This document shows positions 37,411 through 46,097 of a DNA stretch of 48,289 bases, piece by piece. How positions within the stretch are numbered: position 1 is the first letter of the stretch; every line of letters begins with the position of its first letter. The position numbers and the translations under genes are program-made. The notes under the pieces were generated by a model. That model saw nothing but the letters and a program-made list of their open reading frames with translations. It ran no database searches and was not told where the DNA came from. This stretch comes from a virus (Duplodnaviria > Caudoviricetes): positions 1-48,289 of IMG/VR virus record IMGVR_UViG_3300042808_000082; one strand, given 5' to 3'.

Positions 37411-38019
37411 TTAACGGGGTTTCTCCCATATCTGGACATCAATGTTTAACCCTGCGTTTCTGCTCCATCCGTAGCAATACTGACAGTGTATACATTGTTT
37501 TTGACATTTCCAAATTTCATTATCTGGTGGAGTTTTGCTCACGTTAAATGTGGGGTATCCACGAATACGATCATTGCTGAGATACTTTCCGCTTGCGATT
37601 ACTTGAAGATTGGTTGGCCAGTTAAGGCCGTCCGATTCTATCAAGTCTATCCGTTTTGTCCAGATAGTGAATTTCGATGCTGGATTTAGTTCTGCGAGTC
37701 GTTTACAGTTTCTCCAGTGTTGCATGTTGAGTAACTCGCCGAATGCCTGAATTCTATGGCTACCAAGTGGAGCCCATGATAGTAAATTGTCTTTCATGGG
37801 TTTGCTTAATATTTCGCCATTGCGTGTGTATGCTGCGTTCATGTTTGGTCTAATCATGCAATACCGTTTGGCATAGCAATGATTGGCAAATGAACATTCA
37901 AACATACAGAATTCGTTTGACAGTGGGCTGGTGTTTCCCCAACTCCACATACCTGCCATCTTTCCGCCTTTGGACATTGGATGCTGTGTCCAAAGTGAGA
38001 GGGGTGTCATTTCTTTCAT
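37411..38019 (-). CDS. GP88-like protein (radical-SAM-related fold)
   Basis: SKGGKM...CxxxC...CYA, RIQAFGEL, WTKR, C-terminal CxxxCxxCxxC. Confidence 0.7.
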   Translation of the reverse strand: MKEMTPLSLWTQHPMSKGGKMAGMWSWGNTSPLSNEFCMFECSFANHCYAKRYCMIRPNMNAAYTRNGEILSKPMKDNLLSWAPLGSHRIQAFGELLNMQHWRNCKRLAELNPASKFTIWTKRIDLIESDGLNWPTNLQVIASGKYLSNDRIRGYPTFNVSKTPPDNEIWKCQKQCIHCQYCYGWSRNAGLNIDVQIWEKPR

Positions 38020-38023
38020 TTGT

Positions 38024-38923
38024 TTATCTCACTTCTAATGTGATTGCTTGTTCTGTGATTCTACCAATGGTATGCTCATAAGATTCACCAATGCATTTTT
38101 CGGCTGCCCCTTGGATAGACTCATACAGTCCTGGTGTCAGTTTTGACCAGGTTGCATATTCGGTGAGGCTGTTGTATATGTCATACCTTGATGTGTTGTC
38201 AAGCGTGAATTTACCACGAGACATGATATCTTTGACTCTCTTCTCACTGATACCATATGATGCAATAGTCATTGTCAGTTCGTCTTCGCATGAGAATCGG
38301 AATGTTTCACTGGTTGCTCTGTTGAACATATCCAGATACACTCCTTTCGCTTTCATTGTTGCCTGAAGCATATCCTGGATTTTTGATTTTACTTTTTCTA
38401 TGACATCTCCCATATGTCTCACAGACAGTATGTCTAATTTGAGGTCTGGCGTATCTTTGAATATCATTCCATTACTGCATATACCTCTTACAGCAAAGGG
38501 GAACAGGTTGAGTCCAGTCTCTTTGTTATATGAGTTTCGGACTGAGTAACCAAGGTTGATGTCAGACCCAGTTGGGTCAGATATACACAGGTTACTGAAT
38601 GTTAGGTCCATCCATGCCTGTGTGCCAAAGTCGTTTATTCTGCCATTCATTTCGATACCTGCTTTTTGGATAGCAGATAGCACAGTTACAAATGCATCCT
38701 GGTGTTGAACTAATTCATATTTATTTGAAATGCAACTTACTTCCTGGTTGTTGACTATCACTGTGCTGTATTTTGACAGTTTGTAGTCGTTAAGGTCTCC
38801 TTGGCGATACAGTGGCAGTTTCTTTGCAGATGAAAGAGAGTTGAATCTCTCTGATTCTAGTAGTTCATCTATGCTGATGAATTCCTTTTCAGGTTTGCTG
38901 ATTGCTTGGTTTGTGAATGACAT
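38024..38923 (-). CDS. DUF932/DUF945-family protein
   Basis: SNKYELVQH.DAF, NSYN, RGICSNGM, RHMG, YNSLTEY motifs. Confidence 0.8.
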   Translation of the reverse strand: MSFTNQAISKPEKEFISIDELLESERFNSLSSAKKLPLYRQGDLNDYKLSKYSTVIVNNQEVSCISNKYELVQHQDAFVTVLSAIQKAGIEMNGRINDFGTQAWMDLTFSNLCISDPTGSDINLGYSVRNSYNKETGLNLFPFAVRGICSNGMIFKDTPDLKLDILSVRHMGDVIEKVKSKIQDMLQATMKAKGVYLDMFNRATSETFRFSCEDELTMTIASYGISEKRVKDIMSRGKFTLDNTSRYDIYNSLTEYATWSKLTPGLYESIQGAAEKCIGESYEHTIGRITEQAITLEVR

Positions 38924-38925
38924 GT

Positions 38926-39336
38926 TTACTCACCTTCTTCTTTGTAGAAGTCTTCTCTGGTTTTCTTTTCAGGATACTCGTAATCGGTCGACTTACGGTA
39001 TGCGTAGTATTTTTCTTCGGCGTTTTTGCGTTGGTTTTCTGTGATACCGAACTTCTCACAGTCTCGTTCTTTAATCCAGTTACTGAAATCGGCATTATAT
39101 TCCGATTTTGCTGAATTGTAGTCATCCCACATTTTCTTTGCAGATGGGACAACAACTTTGATTATAAGTTCGTTTCCATCGCTTTTGTCTATCTGTGCGG
39201 ATGTTATCAGAACATCCTTTTCTTTTGCAATTGCTGCAATAGCAACTCCCATTGCTTTGATGAGAGTGTATTTTGTCTGTTCAGAGATTTCCGGGCGGTT
39301 TGGTTCAATTGGCTGGTCTCTTACCATTTTACTCAC
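38926..39336 (-). CDS. Hypothetical protein
   Basis: 136-aa ORF within the operon. Confidence 0.65.
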   Translation of the reverse strand: MSKMVRDQPIEPNRPEISEQTKYTLIKAMGVAIAAIAKEKDVLITSAQIDKSDGNELIIKVVVPSAKKMWDDYNSAKSEYNADFSNWIKERDCEKFGITENQRKNAEEKYYAYRKSTDYEYPEKKTREDFYKEEGE

Positions 39337-39745
39337 GTTCTACTTTTACTGGAGATTTTTTTACAACTCGCTTTTTGCGAACCACTGGTTGTTTTTCAAC
39401 TATTAATGCACAAAGTTCCGTGCAGGCAAATACGCTCACTGGAGCAATTGCATAGATGTACGATTCTGTGAGGTCTTGTGCTCCTAAAGTGTTCAGCACT
39501 ATCGATGTTATAGTGAAGAACCCTAAAATCATCGCTGGTATGATTGATGGTTTGCCTATTTTACTAAAGTATACCCTTATGAACATTGAGAGAGCCATAG
39601 TGCCATCTACAACGATGGGGAACAAGAATGCCACAACTATCCGGTGTTCGACTGCTAACTCATACAAAGTGCCATATGAGACGGCACATGCGATTGTAGC
39701 CATGGCTATAGTTCCAGCCATGACCCATCCGAATTCGCGTTTCAT
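39329..39745 (-). CDS. DUF2637-like membrane protein
   Basis: SYGTLYELA...FPIVVDG; four hydrophobic segments and a basic tail. Confidence 0.72.
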   Translation of the reverse strand: MKREFGWVMAGTIAMATIACAVSYGTLYELAVEHRIVVAFLFPIVVDGTMALSMFIRVYFSKIGKPSIIPAMILGFFTITSIVLNTLGAQDLTESYIYAIAPVSVFACTELCALIVEKQPVVRKKRVVKKSPVKVERE

Positions 39746-39832
39746 GATCGTTTACCTAAAGGAGCATGTTTCATAGTAATCGAAAAAAAAGAAACAGAAT
39801 TAATCAGATTGGCGACTATAAGAGACAGTCTG

Positions 39833-40000
39833 TTATTCTGATTGGATGAGTTCAATGCCAACTGCAATCCATGCCGCTGAATTATCGGTTTCTGTTGGTT
39901 TTACACATGCGGTTGGAGTGTGGTATCGTTCCATAAAACAGAAACATGGGTTAGATTGGCATTTTGTGCATTTCCATCGGGTGTATTCAATTTCTCTCAT
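39833..40000 (-). CDS. 55-aa Cys protein
   Basis: WKCTKCQSNPCFC; ATGA-coupled to the upstream small ORF. Confidence 0.55.
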   Translation of the reverse strand: MREIEYTRWKCTKCQSNPCFCFMERYHTPTACVKPTETDNSAAWIAVGIELIQSE

Positions 40001-40129
40001 TGTGACACCTGGGGAGAAAGGTGTAGCATGTCTCGGTTAAGCCATGCTCCTTCGATTTCCGGGCATTCGTCATCAATACCACAGTCATGCATTGACTGGT
40101 AAATCTCGAACATCATATCCATTCTCATT

Positions 40130-40276
40130 TTACTCACCATACTTACATTGCTGGGTTTCCATCAGAAGACACTTAACACGCTTACATTTGCTGCAAGGTT
40201 TTAGTCGAGGGTTATACTCGACTTCGCAATCTTTGCACCTCACACATGCATTAGGACCGTCATATGTGCATATCAT
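40130..40276 (-). CDS. 48-aa Cys-rich protein
   Basis: CVRCKDC...CSKC...C...C; ATGA overlap. Confidence 0.5.
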   Translation of the reverse strand: MICTYDGPNACVRCKDCEVEYNPRLKPCSKCKRVKCLLMETQQCKYGE

Positions 40277-40530
40277 ACTTGGTTGTAGATTTGTTCGTCA
40301 AAGAGTGACATCCACCAGGTAGCAATAGCCATTGCTGTAGGTTCAGTGATACACATCTGGAGCAATATTGCACGAAGATACTCTTTTGTCTGTGCGTATC
40401 CTTCACCGGATACTTCTATCTTGATATTGGCATATCCCGGGAGGGGGATAGTGCCACCTAGACTCATCATATTGGCCATCGTTATTTTCTCCATTCTGGT
40501 AAGTTTTTCCATCTGTTGTAATAGTTGCAT
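40273..40530 (-). CDS. Hypothetical protein
   Basis: LGGTIPLPGYANIKIEV; start probably internal. Confidence 0.6.
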   Translation of the reverse strand: MQLLQQMEKLTRMEKITMANMMSLGGTIPLPGYANIKIEVSGEGYAQTKEYLRAILLQMCITEPTAMAIATWWMSLFDEQIYNQV

Positions 40531-40682
40531 TGCTTTACTTGCGGGCAGTTTATACAGTCATCATTGCAATTTGGCGACCATGCAATGCAATGTATTTCAT
40601 CTGCGGTTTTGGGTAAACATGGTTTAGCAATGTCTTTACAGTTAAGACATGACATTTGTGTTAAGCATGGGCGTCGTGTCAT
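40482..40682 (-). CDS. Cys-rich small protein
   Basis: Nine Cys in 66 aa; ATGA overlap. Confidence 0.55.
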   Translation of the reverse strand: MTRRPCLTQMSCLNCKDIAKPCLPKTADEIHCIAWSPNCNDDCINCPQVKQCNYYNRWKNLPEWRK

Positions 40683-40841
40683 TCATTTCTCTCATTACTT
40701 GATATTGCACCCGATACCGGGGTAGCGTGAGCACGGCGTGATAGGATAGCCCATGCCCATTCGTGTTCTTTAGGCGATAACTTACCGCTATTGATATGAC
40801 ACAATAGTAGGCTCGACTTCATTCTTTCCATTTTGTGCATA

Positions 40842-41108
40842 CTAATTTCTCCATTCTTCATTTGCAAGAAATGCTAACAAATCTCCATGGCATCTTAACG
40901 GGGCACAATAACATCCCAACACTTTTCCTTTCAACTCGGTTAATGCGAGAACTAAATCGGGCCTTGATGAGAGATATGCTTCATACTTATCACATACTTC
41001 ATCTCTATTGCCATCTTTACCAATAACAAATGGATTGCCCCATTTGCTGCCTCTACCAATATACACATCATAATTGGCAGATTTTACATTAACGACCATT
41101 TTATGCAT
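40842..41108 (-). CDS. DUF4326-family protein
   Basis: YDVYIGRGSKWGNPF...LKGKVLGCYCAPLRCHGD; AGGTG RBS. Confidence 0.9.
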   Translation of the reverse strand: MHKMVVNVKSANYDVYIGRGSKWGNPFVIGKDGNRDEVCDKYEAYLSSRPDLVLALTELKGKVLGCYCAPLRCHGDLLAFLANEEWRN

Positions 41109-41139
41109 GATACACCTAAAAACAAAAGAATTAATCAGA

Positions 41140-41421
41140 TTAGATATAGCCACGGGCAGTGGCTATTATCTCGGACTCGGTCAGTGCTTGGAATGCCATG
41201 AACTTGGCATACTCACGCTGTTCAATAGCCCATATTTGTGCTTGGTCTCTCTCATTTAATTCGACTAGGATGGTGTCATAGGTAAGCGAGAGAGCGTCGA
41301 AGTGTTCACATATCCCTGGTAAGTCCCATTCATTACTGCTCTCGATGATTTTCATATCTCTCAAGATGCGGGTAGCAATCAGTTCTAGTTGGCTAGTAGC
41401 CATCTCTTCTATTTTCATCAT
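41140..41421 (-). CDS. Acidic helical hypothetical protein
   Basis: Bounded by two copies of the intergenic motif. Confidence 0.6.
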   Translation of the reverse strand: MMKIEEMATSQLELIATRILRDMKIIESSNEWDLPGICEHFDALSLTYDTILVELNERDQAQIWAIEQREYAKFMAFQALTESEIIATARGYI

Positions 41422-41485
41422 GGTTATCGATAGAAAGAAAAGAATTAATTCGTGACCTTCGGGTAAGGCCCATTGGGCACCTTGG

Positions 41486-41742
41486 TTTCCACTGGAGTTC
41501 ACACTGTGAATGCAATGTATATTAATTAATCAATAATAATCAATATTTATTGAATTAATCATTGTATAATCATTGAATTGATCATATCATGTGCCGCCAT
41601 ATTCATATGATAATATGATGAAGTCTCAATCATCACATACATCATCAATCATACATTGGGGCACTAAAAGAGGGTACAATATGATTGATGATAATACTAT
41701 AAATAACTATGTGCGGCACGGGGTATTGATTTCCAGTGGAAA
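41486..41742. promoter_or_regulatory. AT-rich non-coding control region
   Basis: AT-rich with many (A/T)ATCA repeats; flanked by TTTCCA(C/G)TGGA quasi-palindromes. Confidence 0.5.
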
Positions 41743-41871
41743 GATGGATAAATTGGGCTCCGATTCACATCAAGGATCAGTGATTTCCGGTCCCATCAAG
41801 GGATAACCACCCCGCCCACTTAACACATGGAGAGACAGGGAGAGCCGCCTCCAGCAATAAACGAAAAAAGA

Positions 41872-41970
41872 TTAAAAGGGTGTGAAGTCTGTGTTGTCTG
41901 CCCAGGTTGCGTCTTCGCTCTCTTCTCTTTCAAGTCTTGCTTGCCATTCTTCATATGTTTCTTCAGCCAT
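41872..41970 (-). CDS. 32-aa acidic peptide, first leftward gene
   Basis: MAEETYEEWQARLEREESEDATWADNTDFTPF; preceded by the conserved motif, followed by a T-tract. Confidence 0.6.
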   Translation of the reverse strand: MAEETYEEWQARLEREESEDATWADNTDFTPF

Positions 41971-42181
41971 GATTATCGATCTCGATCCAAGAATCAATCA
42001 GATTGGTGTGGATAAGATCAATTGACGTGCTGGCATCGCCAGCACAAAGCATCACGCGGTGCACGATTTGTTTAGCTGAGCCCCCCATCAAAAAATTTCA
42101 AAAAATCAAAGCCCTCCATAAAAAATTTTATTTTTCAAACTTGGCCGAATACATATAATCAAATACAATAAAATACAATCT

Positions 42182-42322
42182 ATGTATATGCAAGTGAACT
42201 TGCCAGAGGACACCGTTGAGCGGTGTAAATCGCTGATGAACAAGAAAGAGAGTTGGGGTGCGTTCATTGAACGGATTCTCGATGAGAATGAAGAAGCGGC
42301 ATTGAATGTTCAGGGGTTGTAA
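42182..42322 (+). CDS. Ribbon-helix-helix-type regulator (46 aa)
   Basis: MQVNLPEDTVERCKSL...ESWGAFIERILD beta-alpha-alpha pattern; first rightward gene; not in the ORF track. Confidence 0.65.
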   Translation: MYMQVNLPEDTVERCKSLMNKKESWGAFIERILDENEEAALNVQGL

Positions 42323-42323
42323 A

Positions 42324-42692
42324 ATGTCTGATGAATTGGTAAGGGTATTGGATTCTGTGGCTAAGGGGTATGAATGCGCAGATGTGTGGGTTAGGAGATA
42401 CGAGACTCTGTTTGCAGAGTATACTGCGTTGAACGCCAGGTGCGAAGAGAATCGCAACCATGGCCAGTATACAATCGGGAAATATAATGCACGGGTTTCA
42501 GAATTGGAGGACTTGAAAGCCCTATTGGAAACAACGGTTTCCGAATTGAAATCCAAAATTGAAAAACTGGCAACGGAGAGACTTGCGTTGTATTCAGCGT
42601 TGGGAGATTCGCGAAGATCGATTTCAAATTATAAGCGCCGGGAAAGTGTCAGAATGGGGATGGTGATTTTCGATTTGGGAGATGGTGAGTAA
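42324..42692 (+). CDS. Coiled-coil protein
   Basis: Heptad-rich; ATG 1 bp after the previous stop. Confidence 0.65.
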   Translation: MSDELVRVLDSVAKGYECADVWVRRYETLFAEYTALNARCEENRNHGQYTIGKYNARVSELEDLKALLETTVSELKSKIEKLATERLALYSALGDSRRSISNYKRRESVRMGMVIFDLGDGE

Positions 42693-42936
42693 GATGATCA
42701 AGAAAGTAACAGTAAAATTTGATTCATGTTCAGAATGCCCGGTAAACCGGTATTCTGGGTGCGAAGTGTACAATGGTTCCAACATTCCTGAAGATTGCCC
42801 GATTGAGACCAGCGCTATGCTGAACCGGTATACGGAGTTTTCCAGGTCGCGCGGACAAGAATACATGGATGACATGACTGCATGCAACGCTGGAGATTCT
42901 CAAAAGCAACGTCAACCAAGAAGCGGAGAAGAATGA
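42682..42936 (+). CDS. Small Cys protein (CxxC...IPxxCP family)
   Basis: SCSECP...C...IPEDCPI. Confidence 0.65.
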   Translation: MVSKMIKKVTVKFDSCSECPVNRYSGCEVYNGSNIPEDCPIETSAMLNRYTEFSRSRGQEYMDDMTACNAGDSQKQRQPRSGEE

Positions 42937-43316
42937 TGGAACCGATTCGAACTTTGTTCGTAAAAAAATACCCGAATTTGATTAAGTATTTGTCGGACAA
43001 ATTGGCGACTGATTTTAGATCAAACTATGACAAGAGCAAATATATCGCTAGCGTGTTAGAAGGATCTCATCAGACCCTTGAGGAACTGTTCGAAGAACAT
43101 CTTGCATCTCAAGCGGTTGGTCGTACCACCCCTGTGAAACGGTGTGCGTTTGATTCCACCATGGGGTGTAGGTGTGGGGTTACGGGTCAAATGATTGATT
43201 ATGAGAACCATGTGCAATTCAAAGAATCCGGGGTTATATGTGCAGCATGGAGTACCGGGAGATGTGTCCGGCTCCAGCCGTTTGCTCAAGTCGGGGTAGA
43301 TGTGAACAATGGCTGA
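42933..43316 (+). CDS. Hypothetical protein
   Basis: ATGA overlap; C-terminal CAAW...C motif. Confidence 0.6.
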   Translation: MMEPIRTLFVKKYPNLIKYLSDKLATDFRSNYDKSKYIASVLEGSHQTLEELFEEHLASQAVGRTTPVKRCAFDSTMGCRCGVTGQMIDYENHVQFKESGVICAAWSTGRCVRLQPFAQVGVDVNNG

Positions 43317-43605
43317 CTTACCAGGTATCAAACCGGCAGCCTGGTGCCCTGCGTATCATAAGACATCTGACCGCCAGGTGTGTGGTGATAGGAGATGTAA
43401 GTTCTATGTTGACCATATTATCACAATTTCATCCCAGACGCACACAGAGACATCGCCAGACGTGGATGAAGAGTTAAACGCATTGAGTATCGAAGTTGCA
43501 GTTATCCGGGCGCCTCGGGTGCACTACGTGATAGGTGCAAAATGTGACTGGCATTGTTGTAGATATGATGAACCTTCTAAGTTGGAGACGCTGCCATGGG
43601 AGTGA
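43309..43605 (+). CDS. Cys-containing hypothetical protein
   Basis: WCP...C...CKFY. Confidence 0.6.
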   Translation: MADLPGIKPAAWCPAYHKTSDRQVCGDRRCKFYVDHIITISSQTHTETSPDVDEELNALSIEVAVIRAPRVHYVIGAKCDWHCCRYDEPSKLETLPWE

Positions 43606-43811
43606 CTCTCGACATGGTAAAGGCCACACGCCAGACACTTGCCCTGGCGGCATTAATTGCTTTTTGTGGAGTGTATTTTGTAATTGGGGTGGGGTTGTGT
43701 TTGAAAGTGAACCCGATTATAGGGGTTGTCTGGTTAATATGGGGAATGTTTTTCATTATGGCTATTGCAGATAGGGTTATTGAACCAGTAATGAGATGGG
43801 GTGAGTTGTAA
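43596..43811 (+). CDS. Small two-TM membrane protein
   Basis: Two hydrophobic segments. Confidence 0.6.
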   Translation: MGVTLDMVKATRQTLALAALIAFCGVYFVIGVGLCLKVNPIIGVVWLIWGMFFIMAIADRVIEPVMRWGEL

Positions 43812-44056
43812 TGGATGTAAACACAGAAATTTGGAAAATTTTACCAAATGGGCGCATGGCACGGCTATGCGATGCGTGTAGTTTTAAACGCACGGACGAG
43901 ATTCAGTCGTATACCAAATATTATAGGTCTCACTGTATGCTTACAGGTGATGCCTTGATTGCAACTATGTCGGGAGATAATAGATATCCAATTCCAGAGT
44001 CGTGCACTCTTAATAATGCGATCATCGAGGACTCAACTGATGGCAACACAATCTGA
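43811..44056 (+). CDS. Small Cys protein (CxxC...IPxxCxL family)
   Basis: CDAC...CMLTG...PIPESCTL; GGTGA RBS. Confidence 0.65.
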   Translation: MDVNTEIWKILPNGRMARLCDACSFKRTDEIQSYTKYYRSHCMLTGDALIATMSGDNRYPIPESCTLNNAIIEDSTDGNTI

Positions 44057-44375
44057 AAAGATGTACAAATGCCACCGATGTATGATTTTCCTACCGGAAG
44101 GTGCATTGAACAGCATGATGACATGCCCCCAATGCAACCAGGGTGACATGGTGAAAGAGATGTGCCCAAACGATGTGGCCATCTGCATCCATGATATCGT
44201 TGACGGTATTGCATACTGCGAGAAGTGCGGGGAACCCATGTGCCCAATCTGCAAAAGCCATGATGTTTCATGCGTCAGTCGGATAACTGGATATTTGTCC
44301 GATGTTGCCGGATGGAACGCGGGTAAAGCACAAGAATTGAAAGACCGACACAGGGTTGATATAAATGGAAACTGA
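44040..44375 (+). CDS. Stand-alone NrdD C-terminal (Zn finger + glycyl radical) domain protein
   Basis: CPICKSHDVSCVSRITGYLSDVAGWNAGKAQELKDR matches the class III RNR C-terminus; four CxxC; 111 aa. Confidence 0.85.
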   Translation: MATQSEKMYKCHRCMIFLPEGALNSMMTCPQCNQGDMVKEMCPNDVAICIHDIVDGIAYCEKCGEPMCPICKSHDVSCVSRITGYLSDVAGWNAGKAQELKDRHRVDINGN

Positions 44376-44583
44376 GAACGTGCACCGGGTCAGGTTTGGG
44401 TGCGGTACTGGGTTTACCGAGTTTTTCATTGACGATATGAAATTGAAGCGAGTTATGAATTTTGACACGAAATATATCGGAGACCGGTATCATCAGGTAA
44501 CAGTAACGTTCATTGCAAGGATGGGAGAAGGCGATAGCGCATCACCATCGTTTTCTATAGGAGGTAACAATGAACCTGTTTGA
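44365..44583 (+). CDS. Hypothetical protein
   Basis: Overlap-coupled ORF. Confidence 0.55.
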   Translation: METENVHRVRFGCGTGFTEFFIDDMKLKRVMNFDTKYIGDRYHQVTVTFIARMGEGDSASPSFSIGGNNEPV

Positions 44584-45421
44584 GTATGCAGTAAAGCATA
44601 CCTCGACATACCCCAACATCCTGGGGTATCATTACCGAGACGTAATAACTCCCGAACTGCTTAATGAGTTGAACAAACATGAATTTGTGTTTGTATCGTC
44701 TGATTATGCGGTCCCGATAGACGGGTATAACGGGTTCCAGTTCATGACATCTTCGGATTCAATTGACACCTGGATGTGGTTGCAACAGGAGTTTTCTCAA
44801 CTCCCAACACTTCCGTACTCAGAATACACTGAAGTGCCCACCGTAGGGTTTGTAGGCCGTGTGCCAGTCTTTGCACGAAAGTCTGGTAATTATGCATTAC
44901 ATGCAGGATTTGAACCCAGACAGAAGGCACTTGCAATCTTGTATGCGTCAAATGAGATATGCACGGATTTCCATATTCATCATGAACCAGACGGCGATAG
45001 TGCCGGGTTCTGGAACCAGACCCGTCCAGACTTCAAAAAGAACGGTCCTTTGTTCAAGACGAACATGCTGGCGAACCAATACCAGGTATGTGCCAGGGGG
45101 AACGCCAACTGGTCGCTCCGGTTCTATGAGACCCTGGCGTACGGCAGGATGCCCATCTTGATAGATTCTGGCGGTAAGTTCCCCCTATTCCAGGGAACTA
45201 TGGAACAATTTGAAGAGGGTTTAGGGTGGGTTCCATTTCCGATTGTGTATCCGGGAGACGATATAGAAAAGGCTGTATTGTTGTTTCATGAGGGCATATG
45301 CAACCAGGATGAAATGAATGAGGCCCAAGCAGATTGTCGAGAGTTCTATGAGATACATTTCAGCCAAGAAGCGCAAATTAAAAAATTCGAAGAAAATTTC
45401 GAAGATTACGGAGACTGGTAA
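44570..45421 (+). CDS. Exostosin/GT47-like glycosyltransferase
   Basis: VGFVG, CARGNANWSLRFYETLAYGRMPILID; GGAGGT RBS. Confidence 0.8.
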   Translation: MNLFEYAVKHTSTYPNILGYHYRDVITPELLNELNKHEFVFVSSDYAVPIDGYNGFQFMTSSDSIDTWMWLQQEFSQLPTLPYSEYTEVPTVGFVGRVPVFARKSGNYALHAGFEPRQKALAILYASNEICTDFHIHHEPDGDSAGFWNQTRPDFKKNGPLFKTNMLANQYQVCARGNANWSLRFYETLAYGRMPILIDSGGKFPLFQGTMEQFEEGLGWVPFPIVYPGDDIEKAVLLFHEGICNQDEMNEAQADCREFYEIHFSQEAQIKKFEENFEDYGDW

Positions 45422-45423
45422 AC

Positions 45424-45675
45424 ATGGATGAAGAGAACTGTTCGTATTGTGGTCGCCTGACATGGCGAACAACTGGCAGATTGCATATAGCGAACCTGAA
45501 GGGCACGCTAATCAATTTTGACAAAGAGATCGATATCAACATCGTTGATGAGACGTTCTGTGATTCTGATTGCCTTCACAGTCGTATCATGGACCACCAA
45601 TGGCTTAATGATGCGGAACGCGATATAGATACGAATGGCAAATGTCGAAGACAAGATAATCAGGGAACAGTCTAA
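45424..45675 (+). CDS. Small Zn-finger protein
   Basis: CSYCG...FCDSDCL (TRASH-like spacing). Confidence 0.6.
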   Translation: MDEENCSYCGRLTWRTTGRLHIANLKGTLINFDKEIDINIVDETFCDSDCLHSRIMDHQWLNDAERDIDTNGKCRRQDNQGTV

Positions 45676-45886
45676 AAAACTGTGCGCACTGCTTATAATA
45701 CCCGAAAACACTTTTTTCGAGATTTCTGAACTGGAAGCAATTGAGAAAGCATCATGGAACGAAATCATCCCGTTCAGGGGTGTAACTGTCAGAATTAGTC
45801 CGTCTGCTAAAGCGTTAGCAGGTATACTGTTAGAAAAGATCAAAGCAAAGGCAGAATCCGAAACGCTTAGAACATTTAAGAAGTGA
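45635..45886 (+). CDS. Hypothetical protein
   Basis: 83-aa ORF. Confidence 0.55.
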   Translation: MANVEDKIIREQSKKLCALLIIPENTFFEISELEAIEKASWNEIIPFRGVTVRISPSAKALAGILLEKIKAKAESETLRTFKK

Positions 45887-45899
45887 GTATTACGAGGAT

Positions 45900-45925
45900 G
45901 GTGGGAAGGCTCCCAACTTCCCACC
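45900..45925. terminator. 9-bp-stem hairpin
   Basis: ggtgggaag-gctcccaa-cttcccacc. Confidence 0.45.
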
Positions 45926-46097
45926 GAGTGTGTTCTGGATGTTAGTATGGAATATCAAGACGCCAGAGAAACTGCTCGCAAGAGATGGGTGAAACGTAAC
46001 CATGCACTGAACGATGAAGACTGCACCACAATCACACGATCCCTGCCTAGGTCATTTCGTGCGACATCTACTTTGTTCGATGTGAAAGTATAAAAAA

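Larger units (their letters stand above)
36691..42006 (-). repeat. Dispersed intergenic motif CYAATCTGATTRATTCT (4 full copies, 1 partial)
   Basis: Copies at 36691-36709, 39794-39812, 41125-41143 and 41988-42006; partial copy at 41439-41450. Confidence 0.8.

Noticed and set aside
36691-42006. Dispersed motif as CRISPR repeats or integron attC sites
   Set aside because: Spacing is irregular (0.3-3 kb), the motif is not palindromic and no integrase was recognised
41750-42100. tRNA or other structured RNA gene in the intergenic DNA
   Set aside because: No cloverleaf or T-loop consensus found by eye; a covariance-model search would be needed to exclude it
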